NCBI RefSeq assembly: GCF_043585085.1 | Contig: NZ_CP121320.1 | Direction: 5' to 3' (one strand) | Source: Hoeflea sp. | GTDB lineage: Bacteria; Pseudomonadota; Alphaproteobacteria; Rhizobiales; Rhizobiaceae | DNA: 64,000 nt | Shown: piece after piece, positions 30,513 to 39,804 of the stretch | Layout: each line of letters opens with the position of its first letter | Numbering within the stretch: position 1 is the stretch's first letter | Translations under genes and position numbers: made by a program | The notes under the pieces: model-generated | The model's database searches: none | What the model saw: only the letters and a program-made list of their open reading frames with translations | Told to the model about the DNA's origin: nothing

Positions 30513-30705
30513 GTTCCTCCCCGCCTCTCGTCTGGTCTGTTGGCTGCCAGATCAGCCATTCGGGTCGCCGGCGGGTCGCCGGGTGCGGCGCGAGCAACGC
30601 TTCAGCAAAGCGTGCTCGCAGCCATATGACCCTGCCAATGCCCGAACTGAGGCCAAAGGGGCCCAAATCCGGGCTTGAATTCATTCCCTCATAGTTTCCA
30701 AAGAC

Positions 30706-30721
30706 GGGACCCGAAGGCCCC
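30706..30721 (-). promoter_or_regulatory. pucA-pucC intercistronic cUUCGg hairpin
   Basis: mRNA-strand GGGGCC-UUCG-GGUCCC. Confidence 0.5.
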
Positions 30722-30776
30722 GGCCTTGGTTGTCATCCCCTGCTCCGCCCGAAGACGAAGCCTGACATGTCCCACC

Positions 30777-31118
30777 CTATTTGAGCAGGGCAGTCTTGGT
30801 GCCATCGACGGTTTTGGGCTCGTCGAAAATGACGCGAGCCGTGCGGCCGTCTGGCAGCACAACCACGCCCTGCTGGCCGGTTCCGACCTGCTGGACACCG
30901 TCGAACACAACGGTTGCGTTGCCGCCGGTCGGGACAATGCCCGGGGTCTGAAGGGAGGCCTGCTCCATGGCAGCGCCGCCAGACAGGAACTGAGGCAGCC
31001 AGGTTGTGTTTCGCAGCACAGACACATGGACTGCAAACGAGCCCACTGCCACAGCTGTAAGAAAGAGCGGAACACCGACGGTCGGCTTAACAACCAACCA
31101 CATTTTTGCGTTGTTCAT
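30777..31118 (-). CDS. pucA: LH2 alpha chain with long C-terminal extension (113 aa)
   Basis: MNNAKMWLVVKPTVGVPLFL, His31 and Trp40; SD GGGGAGA. Confidence 0.95.
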   Translation of the reverse strand: MNNAKMWLVVKPTVGVPLFLTAVAVGSFAVHVSVLRNTTWLPQFLSGGAAMEQASLQTPGIVPTGGNATVVFDGVQQVGTGQQGVVVLPDGRTARVIFDEPKTVDGTKTALLK

Positions 31119-31130
31119 ATCGTTCTCCCC

Positions 31131-31286
31131 TCATCCGAACCAAGGCGAGTACACGTAGGCGAGAATATGCGCCAAAACCGCGATAAACCCGAATACACGT
31201 GTGCCGTCGATGATGTGTCGGTGAAGCTCCTCAGCTTCCCCGATCGTCAGGCCGGAAGGCCATACTTTGTCAGGATCATAGTTCAT
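31131..31286 (-). CDS. pucB: LH2 beta chain (51 aa, not in the ORF track)
   Basis: Translates MNYDPDKVWPSGLTIGEAEELHRHIIDGTRVFGFIAVLAHILAYVYSPWFG; SD AAGGAG. Confidence 0.97.
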   Translation of the reverse strand: MNYDPDKVWPSGLTIGEAEELHRHIIDGTRVFGFIAVLAHILAYVYSPWFG

Positions 31287-31409
31287 TGCGCCGTCTCCTT
31301 AAGGCGATAGCATCAAGACCCGCATCAAGAATCTGCGGATCCAACAGAGCGGCAACCCTGAAAAAAACGCATACGCGCAATCGCCCAGGGATGTCGCCAC
31401 CAAGCAAAT

Positions 31410-31453
31410 TGTCACATGATATTTACAGTTTCAAGTGTCAAGACAGATATACA
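31410..31453 (-). promoter_or_regulatory. puc promoter with tandem PpsR palindromes
   Basis: TGT-N12-ACA at 31410-31427 and 31436-31453, 8 bp apart; TTGACA on the minus strand. Confidence 0.88.
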
Positions 31454-31551
31454 TGCATTTTTTGTCACAAATCAGAGCCATTCTCGTCACGCCATATTCT
31501 GAAATGTGCTTTGATTCGAAATGCCCGGATTTCCGGGCCTACGGGGGCAAT

Positions 31552-31595
31552 CGTAAATTTTGATAGACATTTTAATGTGTTGAATTTTTGTGACG
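31552..31595 (+). promoter_or_regulatory. Near-consensus tandem PpsR palindromes upstream of the hypothetical gene at 31672
   Basis: CGT-N12-ACA at 31552-31569 and TGT-N12-ACG at 31578-31595, 8 bp apart. Confidence 0.65.
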
Positions 31596-31671
31596 ATCTG
31601 TGCTTGAATTGAACAAGTGATCGCTCTATTCTTACAGTCATTGTTTCGGGACCATTAGGCTTGGAGAACTC

Positions 31672-32238
31672 ATGACCACGCTCATTACGCGACTTTATGC
31701 CACCCAACAGCTCGCCGATAAGGCTGCTGCGGCTCTCGCGGCCGACGGCTTTCAGGACAAGCATTACACGGTGATCAGCGCACCATCCGGCAAGAAGGCA
31801 ACCAAGGCTGATCTTGGCAGCATTTCGGACGCGCTTTCGTCGGCCGGCGTGATTCCTCGCTCTGCCGGGATCTATGCCCCGCTGATCGCCGAGGGCAATG
31901 CGCTTCTGGCGGTGCGGGCGCCGGTTGGTGCCGCTTTCCGGGCCAAGGACACACTGGCCCCATTTGACGCGATTGACACCGGTGCGCGCGATGAAGTGCA
32001 TCTGCCCGCCGAAGTGTACCGTCCAACGAAGAAGTATCGCCCAAGCGCGACATCGCTTCTGGCTCGTGACGCGATGATCCTGTCCGGCAGGAGGTTCATG
32101 CGGCCACTGACGTCGACATCACGGCCGATATCAGAGATTCTCGGCCTGCCGCTGCTTTCAAAGAAGGGCCCCCGCGCCAATCTGTCTTCCTTCAGCCTGT
32201 CGGGCATGTTTGGCCTGCCGCTGCTGAGCAAACGCTGA
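31672..32238 (+). CDS. Hypothetical photosynthesis-linked protein, possibly PucD/PucE-like
   Basis: SD GGAG; N-terminal alpha/beta domain (MTTLITRLY); basic C-terminus with repeats ISEILGLPLLSK and LSGMFGLPLLSK. Confidence 0.75.
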   Translation: MTTLITRLYATQQLADKAAAALAADGFQDKHYTVISAPSGKKATKADLGSISDALSSAGVIPRSAGIYAPLIAEGNALLAVRAPVGAAFRAKDTLAPFDAIDTGARDEVHLPAEVYRPTKKYRPSATSLLARDAMILSGRRFMRPLTSTSRPISEILGLPLLSKKGPRANLSSFSLSGMFGLPLLSKR

Positions 32239-32254
32239 AGCCAGCCAACTGAGA

Positions 32255-32296
32255 CAAGAAACGCCGCGAGCTCTGACGAGCTTGCGGCGTTTCTTG
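32255..32296. terminator. Bidirectional intrinsic terminator
   Basis: CAAGAAACGCCGC/GCGGCGTTTCTTG arms with an inner GAGCT stem, between convergent genes. Confidence 0.85.
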
Positions 32297-32373
32297 TTGT
32301 CAACCCGGTGGGTAAAATCACGGACGGCACGAAGCTGCGCTTCGGTCGGCAGGTCTTAACAGAACCACAGCAC

Positions 32374-32538
32374 TCACATGCTTCTCAAACGGCCCCAGAT
32401 TGCCGAAAGCGCGGCATTGATGGCCAGCGTGCGCTGGTGCTTGGCGCGGTCGCGCAATTGCAGAAAGTCGGGTGTGCTGTCCGGCCAGGTGATTTGATTG
32501 CGGGCCGCGCCGCGCGTGGCTTTGGAATAATCGTTCAT
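32374..32538 (-). CDS. 54-aa small protein, not in the ORF track
   Basis: AAGGAG SD, then MNDYSKATRGAARNQITWPDSTPDFLQLRDRAKHQRTLAINAALSAIWGRLRSM; divergent from the LysR gene. Confidence 0.7.
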   Translation of the reverse strand: MNDYSKATRGAARNQITWPDSTPDFLQLRDRAKHQRTLAINAALSAIWGRLRSM

Positions 32539-32652
32539 GCTCGTCTCCTTGGGGTGAGGCCGAAAACGATGCGGCCGTTGTGAAAACAGATGTATTCCAA
32601 TTTTTAATCTTTATAATCAGCGATTATTGCCATTCACTCCGGACTATCAGTC

Positions 32653-33576
32653 ATGAATAAGACATCCGCTTCCGATGAAATTGCGATCTTCGTGCGCGTC
32701 GTTGAGCGGGGCGGCTTTGCTGCAGCTGCCGAGGAGACCGGATTGACGCCCTCGGGTGTCTCAAAGGCAGTCACCCGGCTGGAGGACCGGCTGGGAGTCA
32801 AACTGCTGCAGCGCACCACACGTAGGCTGATGATGACAGCCGAGGGTGAATTGCTGCTGGCACGTGGCCGAGACATCCTGGCGGCAATCGAATCCACCGA
32901 GGCCGAGGTGATGGCCGCGCGCGGAAAGCCTCGCGGAACCATCAGGGTCAATGTCGGCACCGCCTACGCCAAGCACCAGCTGGCCCCGGCGCTGCCGGCA
33001 TTTCGTGAACGCTATCCGGAAATCGATCTCATCATCTCGGTGGCCGACCGCAGGGTGGACGTGATCGGCGAGCAGCTCGATGTGGCGATCAGAACCGGAC
33101 CGCTCACCGATTCGAGCCTGGTTGCCCGACGGCTGGGCGAAGCCACGCGGGTGATTGCGGCAAGCCCCACCTATCTCGCCAAGTTCGGAGAGCCCGAACA
33201 GCCATCCGACCTGAAAAACCACATCTGCCTGACGGTGACCGGGTTCTCGCGGCTGCCAGAATGGCCGCTGAAGATCGACGGCAAGGTGACCCCGGTTGCA
33301 ATCAAGCCGACGGTGAGCTGCGACAATGCCGACATTCTTGCCGAGATGGCGCTTGCGGGCCTGGGGATCGTGCGGCTCGGCAGCTTCGTGATCGACGACG
33401 CGCTGTCGGATGGACGGCTCAAACCGCTTCTGGTCGACTGCCATGTCTCCGAAACGGTGCCAATCACAGCTTTGATGCCGCCCGGGCGGCAGCATCTGCC
33501 GCGGGTCAGGGCTTTCGTGGATTTCCTCGTCGAACAGACACGAACATCAAATCCGGCAGAGCGGCCCGGCCGCTGA
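32653..33576 (+). CDS. LysR family regulator (CrgA/DmlR-like)
   Basis: FVRVVERGGFAAAA, SKAVTRLEDRLGVKLLQRTTR and DVAIRTG. Confidence 0.95.
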   Translation: MNKTSASDEIAIFVRVVERGGFAAAAEETGLTPSGVSKAVTRLEDRLGVKLLQRTTRRLMMTAEGELLLARGRDILAAIESTEAEVMAARGKPRGTIRVNVGTAYAKHQLAPALPAFRERYPEIDLIISVADRRVDVIGEQLDVAIRTGPLTDSSLVARRLGEATRVIAASPTYLAKFGEPEQPSDLKNHICLTVTGFSRLPEWPLKIDGKVTPVAIKPTVSCDNADILAEMALAGLGIVRLGSFVIDDALSDGRLKPLLVDCHVSETVPITALMPPGRQHLPRVRAFVDFLVEQTRTSNPAERPGR

Positions 33577-33674
33577 CATTCGGACTGGGTCACGAATAAT
33601 TGCGAGCACAAACAACCGGCGGCGCATCGTTGACTGTGGCCGTTGCGATCTCTGGTCTGAAAGGCTGCGTGTCC

Positions 33675-35012
33675 CTATGCCAACACAACATTCGAGCGGT
33701 CACCGACGGCCTTGGTGGCGTTGCGGGTGTCGACAACCAGTGCCATGGCTTTGACAATTGCCGCATAATCGACACTGGTGTGATCGGTGCAGATGAGGCC
33801 CGCATCATAAGAGCCGAGCATGTCATCATCCAGGGCAACACTTTCGCGTCCGGCCAGTGCTGCATGCTCACGGGTGGGAGGAATGACGGGCACGAACGGA
33901 TCATGGAAATCCACGGTCGCGCCGTGGCTCTCCAGCAATTCGATGAGCTTGAAAGCCGGGCTTTCGCGCACGTCCTCAACATCTTTCTTGTAGGCTAGGC
34001 CGAACAGCAGAATCCGGGCGCCGGAGATGGCCTTCTGCCGCCGCATCGACAGCGCCGACACGAGCTTCTCCACCACATGGTAAGGTGCTCGGGTATTGAT
34101 CTCGCCGGCAAGCTCGATGAAGCGCGTCGAGATGTCGTACTCGCGCGCTTTCCAGGTCAGATAGAATGGATCGATCGGAATGCAGTGGCCGCCAAGCCCG
34201 GGCCCGGGATAAAACGGCATGAAACCGAAAGGCTTGGTCTTCGCAGCCTCGATCACTTCCCAGATATCAATGCCCATCTCGCCGTAAATGATCTTGAGTT
34301 CATTGACGAGCGCGATGTTGACGGAACGGAAAATGTTTTCCATCAGCTTCGATGCTTCGGCCACCTCACAGGAACTGACCGGAACGACCTTGTTGACGAT
34401 CGCGCCATAGAGATCGACTGCCAGCTCCGTCGACATCGGGCCGTCACCGCCGACAATCTTGGGAATGGTGGAGGTTTCAAACTCCTTGTTGCCGGGATCC
34501 TCGCGTTCGGGTGAAAAGGCGAGGAAGAAATCTTCGCCCTGGCTGAGGCCGGTTTTCTCAAGAATCGGTTTTAACAGACCGGTGGTCGTCGTTGGATAGG
34601 TGGTCGATTCGAGAACGATCAGCTGGCCTTGACGGAGAATTCCGGCGATCATTTCTCCCGATTTGATCACATAGGAGAGATCCGGCTCGTGGTGCTTGTT
34701 GAGCGGCGTGGGGACGCAGATCAGGATTGCGTCGCATACTGCGAGATCCGCAGCCTCCCCGGTCAGGGTCAGGGCCCCGTTGCCGGTGTAGGTCTGGACC
34801 TCCGACCCTGCGACCCGGCCGATTGTCGAATGGCCGGATGCAAGCCTTTCAAGATGGGCGGTGTTGATATCATACCCAACCACACTGAAACCGGATCTCA
34901 ATGCCGCGATCGCCAGTGGCAATCCGACATAGCCCAGACCGATGACACCCACCGTGGCTTTGCGGGATTGGATCAACGTCCGGCAACGTTCGAAATGCAT
35001 GTTTGCGGTCAA
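33675..35012 (-). CDS. Nucleotide-sugar dehydrogenase, UDP-N-acetylhexosamine type (WbpO/WecC-like); start TTG 35012 or ATG 35000
   Basis: GLGYVGLP, ICVPTPL, ESTTYP, FSPER, GPGLGGHCIP and GLAYKKD. Confidence 0.92.
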   Translation of the reverse strand: MTANMHFERCRTLIQSRKATVGVIGLGYVGLPLAIAALRSGFSVVGYDINTAHLERLASGHSTIGRVAGSEVQTYTGNGALTLTGEAADLAVCDAILICVPTPLNKHHEPDLSYVIKSGEMIAGILRQGQLIVLESTTYPTTTTGLLKPILEKTGLSQGEDFFLAFSPEREDPGNKEFETSTIPKIVGGDGPMSTELAVDLYGAIVNKVVPVSSCEVAEASKLMENIFRSVNIALVNELKIIYGEMGIDIWEVIEAAKTKPFGFMPFYPGPGLGGHCIPIDPFYLTWKAREYDISTRFIELAGEINTRAPYHVVEKLVSALSMRRQKAISGARILLFGLAYKKDVEDVRESPAFKLIELLESHGATVDFHDPFVPVIPPTREHAALAGRESVALDDDMLGSYDAGLICTDHTSVDYAAIVKAMALVVDTRNATKAVGDRSNVVLA

Positions 35013-35445
35013 TTTGGTCTCTCCGACTTGGCACCCGTCAATTAAATGGTTTTCGACGATTGGCAAATGAGTTTCGACATCCTGGCGTCCTGTCCGAAAG
35101 GAAATGCCCGACATCCGCAAACATCATCAATCCAGGATTAAGCGACATCACTCCCCTTAGCCCCAACTGTGATCACACTCCAACGAACGATCTTGTGATC
35201 GTCACGGGGGAGCCCGTGATTGATCTTGCCACCTTTCAAAGATATGCATCCTGTTGAAGTCTCTCGGGGACAACCGAAGAGATGCGAGAGCCTCCAAAGG
35301 TCCCGAAACAAAGGCTATACGAAATTTTAGCCCCCACCAATTTCACCGGGCGGCTGTCATCACAGGACGGACCTTTCCGTCAAAATCAAGACAGATCGAC
35401 GGGTTTTTCGCATTCCGGCGCCGGTCATTGAACAACGGACGAAAC

Positions 35446-36750
35446 ATGAAAATATCCATCGTTGGCGCCGGATATGTCGGACTGGTTTCCGGCGTCTGCC
35501 TCTCTGCATTCGGACATGATGTTACCTGTATCGACAACTCGTCCGAGAAAATCGATATGCTCAACTCAGGCAAGGTTCCGATCTATGAACCCGGCCTTGA
35601 GGAACTCATGGCAAAAAACGTTGCGCTGGGCAGGCTGCACTTTACCACCGACCTCGCCGCGGCGGTCGCCAGTGCCGATGCCGTTTTCATCGCGGTCGGT
35701 ACGCCCTCGCGCAATGGCGACGGGCATGCGGATCTGCAATATGTTCATGCGGTTGCCGCCGATGTGGCAAAAGCACTGACTGGCTACACGGTGATCATCA
35801 CAAAATCGACCGTGCCGGTGGGAACCGGCGATGAGATCGAGCGGATTGTGCATGAAACCAATCCGAAGGCCGACTGTTCCGTCGTTTCAAATCCCGAGTT
35901 TTTGCGCGAAGGTGCAGCGATCGAGGATTTCCTGGCGCCGGACCGGGTGCTTATTGGCGCGGAAGAACCGCGGGCCATCAAGGTGATGCAGGATATCTAC
36001 CAGTCACTGGATCCGGATCTTCACCCGCTTGTCATCACATCCCGGCGCACCGCGGAGCTGACCAAATACGCCGCCAATGCATTTCTTGCGGTCAAGCTCG
36101 CCTACATCAACGAGATTGCCGATCTGTGCGAACAGGTTGGCGCGGATGTGCAGCATGTCTCGCTGGGGATCGGGCTCGACAGCCGGATTGGCAAAAAGTT
36201 TCTCAATGCAGGCCCGGGCTACGGCGGTTCGTGCTTTCCGAAGGACACATTGGCGCTTCTGCGAACCGCGCAGGACCATGATTCACCGATCCGGGTGATC
36301 GAGACCATTGTCGGGATCAACGAGACGCGCAAACGGGCGATGGCGCGGAAAATCGAACGGGCCATCGGCGGCGAGCTGAGAGGCAAGACGATCGGCATTC
36401 TCGGCCTCACCTTCAAGCCCAACACCGACGACATCCGCGAGTCGCCGGCGCTGACAATCATCCAGGCTCTTCTGGACAAGGGCGCCATGGTCAAGGCCTA
36501 TGACCCAGCGGGGATGGATGCCGCGCGTTCCGCGATGCCCGGGATCGCGTATGCGGAAAGCATCCAGGCTGCAGCCAAGGACAGCGATGCGCTTGTGATC
36601 ATTACCGACTGGGAGGAATTCAAATCGCTTGACTTGAAGGCGCTTCGACCGGTGATGAAGTCACCGGTTCTGGTGGATCTGAGAAACCTTTACAATCCGG
36701 CGCAGGTGCGGGAGTCCGGCTTCGCCTACCACAGCGTCGGCCGCAGTTGA
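35446..36750 (+). CDS. ugd: UDP-glucose 6-dehydrogenase
   Basis: GAGYVGLVSG, IAVGTP, KSTVPVG, SNPEFLREG, GYGGSCFPKD and GLTFKPNTDD. Confidence 0.94.
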   Translation: MKISIVGAGYVGLVSGVCLSAFGHDVTCIDNSSEKIDMLNSGKVPIYEPGLEELMAKNVALGRLHFTTDLAAAVASADAVFIAVGTPSRNGDGHADLQYVHAVAADVAKALTGYTVIITKSTVPVGTGDEIERIVHETNPKADCSVVSNPEFLREGAAIEDFLAPDRVLIGAEEPRAIKVMQDIYQSLDPDLHPLVITSRRTAELTKYAANAFLAVKLAYINEIADLCEQVGADVQHVSLGIGLDSRIGKKFLNAGPGYGGSCFPKDTLALLRTAQDHDSPIRVIETIVGINETRKRAMARKIERAIGGELRGKTIGILGLTFKPNTDDIRESPALTIIQALLDKGAMVKAYDPAGMDAARSAMPGIAYAESIQAAAKDSDALVIITDWEEFKSLDLKALRPVMKSPVLVDLRNLYNPAQVRESGFAYHSVGRS

Positions 36751-36822
36751 ACGGGATCCGCCGGTGCGGAATACTCAACACTCCGACCACGGGTGCTGGT
36801 GCTTGAAAGGATGTGCGCTGGA

Positions 36823-37926
36823 ATGGACATAGCATTTTACGCGCCGTTGAAATCACCAAACCATCCCGTCCCCTCCGGCGACCGGCTGATGGCGCAGATG
36901 CTTGTTGGGGCGCTCCGCCGCAAGGGGCACAAGGTTCGAATCATCAGCGATTTTCGGAGTTTCTCCAAAGATCCCGGGGCCGATGCCTGGAACGCACTTA
37001 CTGCCAATGCTCAGAACGAGGTGACGCGGATCTCGGCGCTTTGGCGCGTGGAGCCTCCGCCCGATCTCTGGTTCTGCTACCACCCCTATTACAAGGCACC
37101 CGATCTGATCGGGCCCCAGCTGGCTGATGACTTTGGCCTGACCTATGTGACGGCGGAGTCCTCATATGCAGGCAAGCGCGATCGCGGACCATGGTCACAA
37201 TGGCAGGCTTGCGTGCGCGCTGGACTTGGGAAGGCCGCAGTCAACATCTGCTTCACTGAGCGGGACCGGTCTGGACTCCATAGCGGGGTTCCCGATGCCC
37301 GTATCGCCATGTTGAAGCCCTTCATTGATACCGAACGGTTCACCAACGGGCCTTCCGGCCAGACAGAGCCCGGCGTGAAGCTGATCAGCGTCGCGATGAT
37401 GCGCGATGGTGACAAGTTCAACAGCTACACCATACTCGCCAGGGCACTGGAGCAGATGCCCGCTGAGCTTCCCTGGTCGCTTCAGGTGATCGGCGACGGC
37501 CCGAAAGCTGACGAGACCAGGCATTTGTTCTCGAACCTGGCTGAAGAGCGGATCGAGTGGCTCGGCGCGAAGTCTGAAGTGGACGTTGCGGAGCTGCTGA
37601 AGGGTGCCTCGATCTATGTCTGGCCCGGATGCGGCGAGGCCTATGGTCTTGCCTATCTGGAAGCACAGGCTGCCGGCCTGCCTGTTGTCGCCCAGAACAT
37701 CGCCGGTGTTCCCGAGGTGGTTGTGGATGGCGTCACCGGGATCCTCACACCGCCCGGAGATATTGGTGCCTACTGTGCCGCGATTGCGCACTTGCTCAGC
37801 GATGATGACAGTCGCAAAACCCTTGGAACCGCGGCCCGGAACTTTGTCCTCAATCAACGCTCGTTTGAACGCGCGGCTGAAACCTTGGACCGAATTCTCA
37901 CCCAAGCTCTGGATCTGAAATCGTGA
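36823..37926 (+). CDS. GT4 family glycosyltransferase
   Basis: FYAPLKSP...SGDR N-terminus; EAYGLAYLEAQAAGLPVV and GVPEVV. Confidence 0.9.
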   Translation: MDIAFYAPLKSPNHPVPSGDRLMAQMLVGALRRKGHKVRIISDFRSFSKDPGADAWNALTANAQNEVTRISALWRVEPPPDLWFCYHPYYKAPDLIGPQLADDFGLTYVTAESSYAGKRDRGPWSQWQACVRAGLGKAAVNICFTERDRSGLHSGVPDARIAMLKPFIDTERFTNGPSGQTEPGVKLISVAMMRDGDKFNSYTILARALEQMPAELPWSLQVIGDGPKADETRHLFSNLAEERIEWLGAKSEVDVAELLKGASIYVWPGCGEAYGLAYLEAQAAGLPVVAQNIAGVPEVVVDGVTGILTPPGDIGAYCAAIAHLLSDDDSRKTLGTAARNFVLNQRSFERAAETLDRILTQALDLKS

Positions 37927-38672
37927 ACAGCAATCAGCCTTGGCGGCTCCTTGATGATGAGCTTGACCGGTGGCAGGCCAACGGCCGCACCGCCAGGTTC
38001 TGGCTGCGCGACGATGATGCCGTTGCGCCGACGGATCTTCTCGAGCAGTTGATCGTCCTCACGGCCTGTCAAACCATCCCCCTGACCCTGGCCGTGATCC
38101 CGCAAGACACCGGTGCAGCCCTTGCCGAGCGGATCACCAGTGCCGACCATGTGTCGGTCGCGGTTCATGGCTGGTCTCACCAGAATCATGCCGGTGAATC
38201 AGAAAAGAAACGGGAACTCGGACTCCACCGCCCCAGGACCATCGTCCTTGATCAGCTCGCAAACGGGTTTGACAAGCTGGCAGGTTTCTACGCAGGGCAG
38301 TTCAACGCCATGCTTGTGCCGCCTTGGAACCGGATCGACGCAGAACTGCTGCCTGAGCTCGCGTCGCTCGGATACCGTGCAGTGTCGGTGTTCGGCGCGG
38401 AGAAACCAGCTCCGATCACAATGATCAACACTCATGTTGATCTGATCGATTGGCATGGCAACCGGGGCGGGAGAGATCCGGAGGTGCTCATTGCCGAGAT
38501 TGTCGCTCGGTTGCGCGTCATGTTTGATCAGGGCGGGCACATGGGGTTCCTTACCCATCACCTGGTGCATGACGACGCTGCATGGAGTTTCCTCGCGTCC
38601 CTGCTGGAGCACACCAATGCCCATCCGGCCTGCCAGTGGGTGGACGCGACTGACTTGTATGGGGTTGCCTGA
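37923..38672 (+). CDS. Polysaccharide deacetylase family protein
   Basis: WLRDDDA, VHGWSHQNH, VPPWNRI and FLTHH NodB-like motifs; GTGA overlap. Confidence 0.85.
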   Translation: MNSNQPWRLLDDELDRWQANGRTARFWLRDDDAVAPTDLLEQLIVLTACQTIPLTLAVIPQDTGAALAERITSADHVSVAVHGWSHQNHAGESEKKRELGLHRPRTIVLDQLANGFDKLAGFYAGQFNAMLVPPWNRIDAELLPELASLGYRAVSVFGAEKPAPITMINTHVDLIDWHGNRGGRDPEVLIAEIVARLRVMFDQGGHMGFLTHHLVHDDAAWSFLASLLEHTNAHPACQWVDATDLYGVA

Positions 38673-38733
38673 AAACCAAGGCTGGATATTGAGCCGAACA
38701 GGACGGATCGCCCAGTGCAGTGATTACGGCTCT

Positions 38734-39567
38734 TCAGATGTCTATTTTTTGACCCTCGAAGGCGCAGAAGGCGCCCGCAAAGCGTTTCGTGGCCAGCTTC
38801 TCCATTTCCAGGAGCTCGGCATCGGTGCGCGTCGGCGAGTGGTGCATGAAACCGACACGCTTGGCTCCCGCGGTTTCGGCAAGTTTGACCGCTTGCTCCC
38901 AGGTGGAATGGCCATAGCCGCGATAGGTCTCCATCTCGTCTTCGAGATAGGTCGTGTCATACAGGAACAGGTCAACATCGCGGATGAGGTCCAAGACAAC
39001 CGGATCCAGCTCACCGGGGGTATGTTCCGTGTCGGTAATCACGGCGATTGATCGCCCACCCCAATCGACCCGATAGCCGATGGCACCGCCGGGATGGACC
39101 AGCGCACCGGTCTTGATGGAAAGGTTTGGAAAGGGCTCAAGCACATCACCAGCCTTGAAATCGACAGTGCTCATGCTGGCTCTGCAAATATCAGGGGCAA
39201 CCGGAAACCAGGGCGGTCGTATGTAGCCGTAAATCATTTCTCTGGTCGTCATCGTGCCGGCCAGGTGCCCCGACCAGAACCCAACCGTGAAGCCAGGCAG
39301 ATACATCGGCTTGAAATGCGGCAGTCCGCAAATATGGTCATAGTGGCAGTGGCTGAAGAACAGATTGAAGTCTTTCACACCTTCGGCAGCAAGCGCTTTT
39401 GCGGCATTTGGCAGGCCAGAGCCCGCATCGAAAATCAGGACATGATCGCCGCAACGCACCTCGATGCAGATCGTGTTGCCGCCGAATTGCCGGAACTCGT
39501 CGCCGCAGACCGACATGGTGCCGCGGGCGCCCCAACACCGAACCTGAAAAAGGGAATCTTCCGACAT
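38734..39567 (-). CDS. MBL-fold metallo-hydrolase
   Basis: WGARG, GGNTICIEV, DAGSG, SHCHYDH, HPGG, TDTEH, GHST and FMHH. Confidence 0.92.
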   Translation of the reverse strand: MSEDSLFQVRCWGARGTMSVCGDEFRQFGGNTICIEVRCGDHVLIFDAGSGLPNAAKALAAEGVKDFNLFFSHCHYDHICGLPHFKPMYLPGFTVGFWSGHLAGTMTTREMIYGYIRPPWFPVAPDICRASMSTVDFKAGDVLEPFPNLSIKTGALVHPGGAIGYRVDWGGRSIAVITDTEHTPGELDPVVLDLIRDVDLFLYDTTYLEDEMETYRGYGHSTWEQAVKLAETAGAKRVGFMHHSPTRTDAELLEMEKLATKRFAGAFCAFEGQKIDI

Positions 39568-39804
39568 TTTTTCTTCGGTCACAAAGCCCCGTTTCTGCGC
39601 CTGAGACAGATCCAATCCGGGAACAGCAGCTGTTCAGACCCGCGTTTTTGCATCTTCCCCTGACCGCTTGCGCATACAGCAATCCGCATTGGCCCAAATG
39701 TAGCCAAACTCATCGTCATATGCGAGGGTTGATTTTTGGTTGATCCTGATCGCTTTTGTTTGGTGCCGGGGCTAAAAACCAATTTGTGCCTGGAACTTCT
39801 TTGT

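Noticed and set aside
29902-30684. 260-aa ORF with an SD-like sequence between pucA and pucC
   Set aside because: Runs out of frame through pucC, Arg/Pro-rich, no domain
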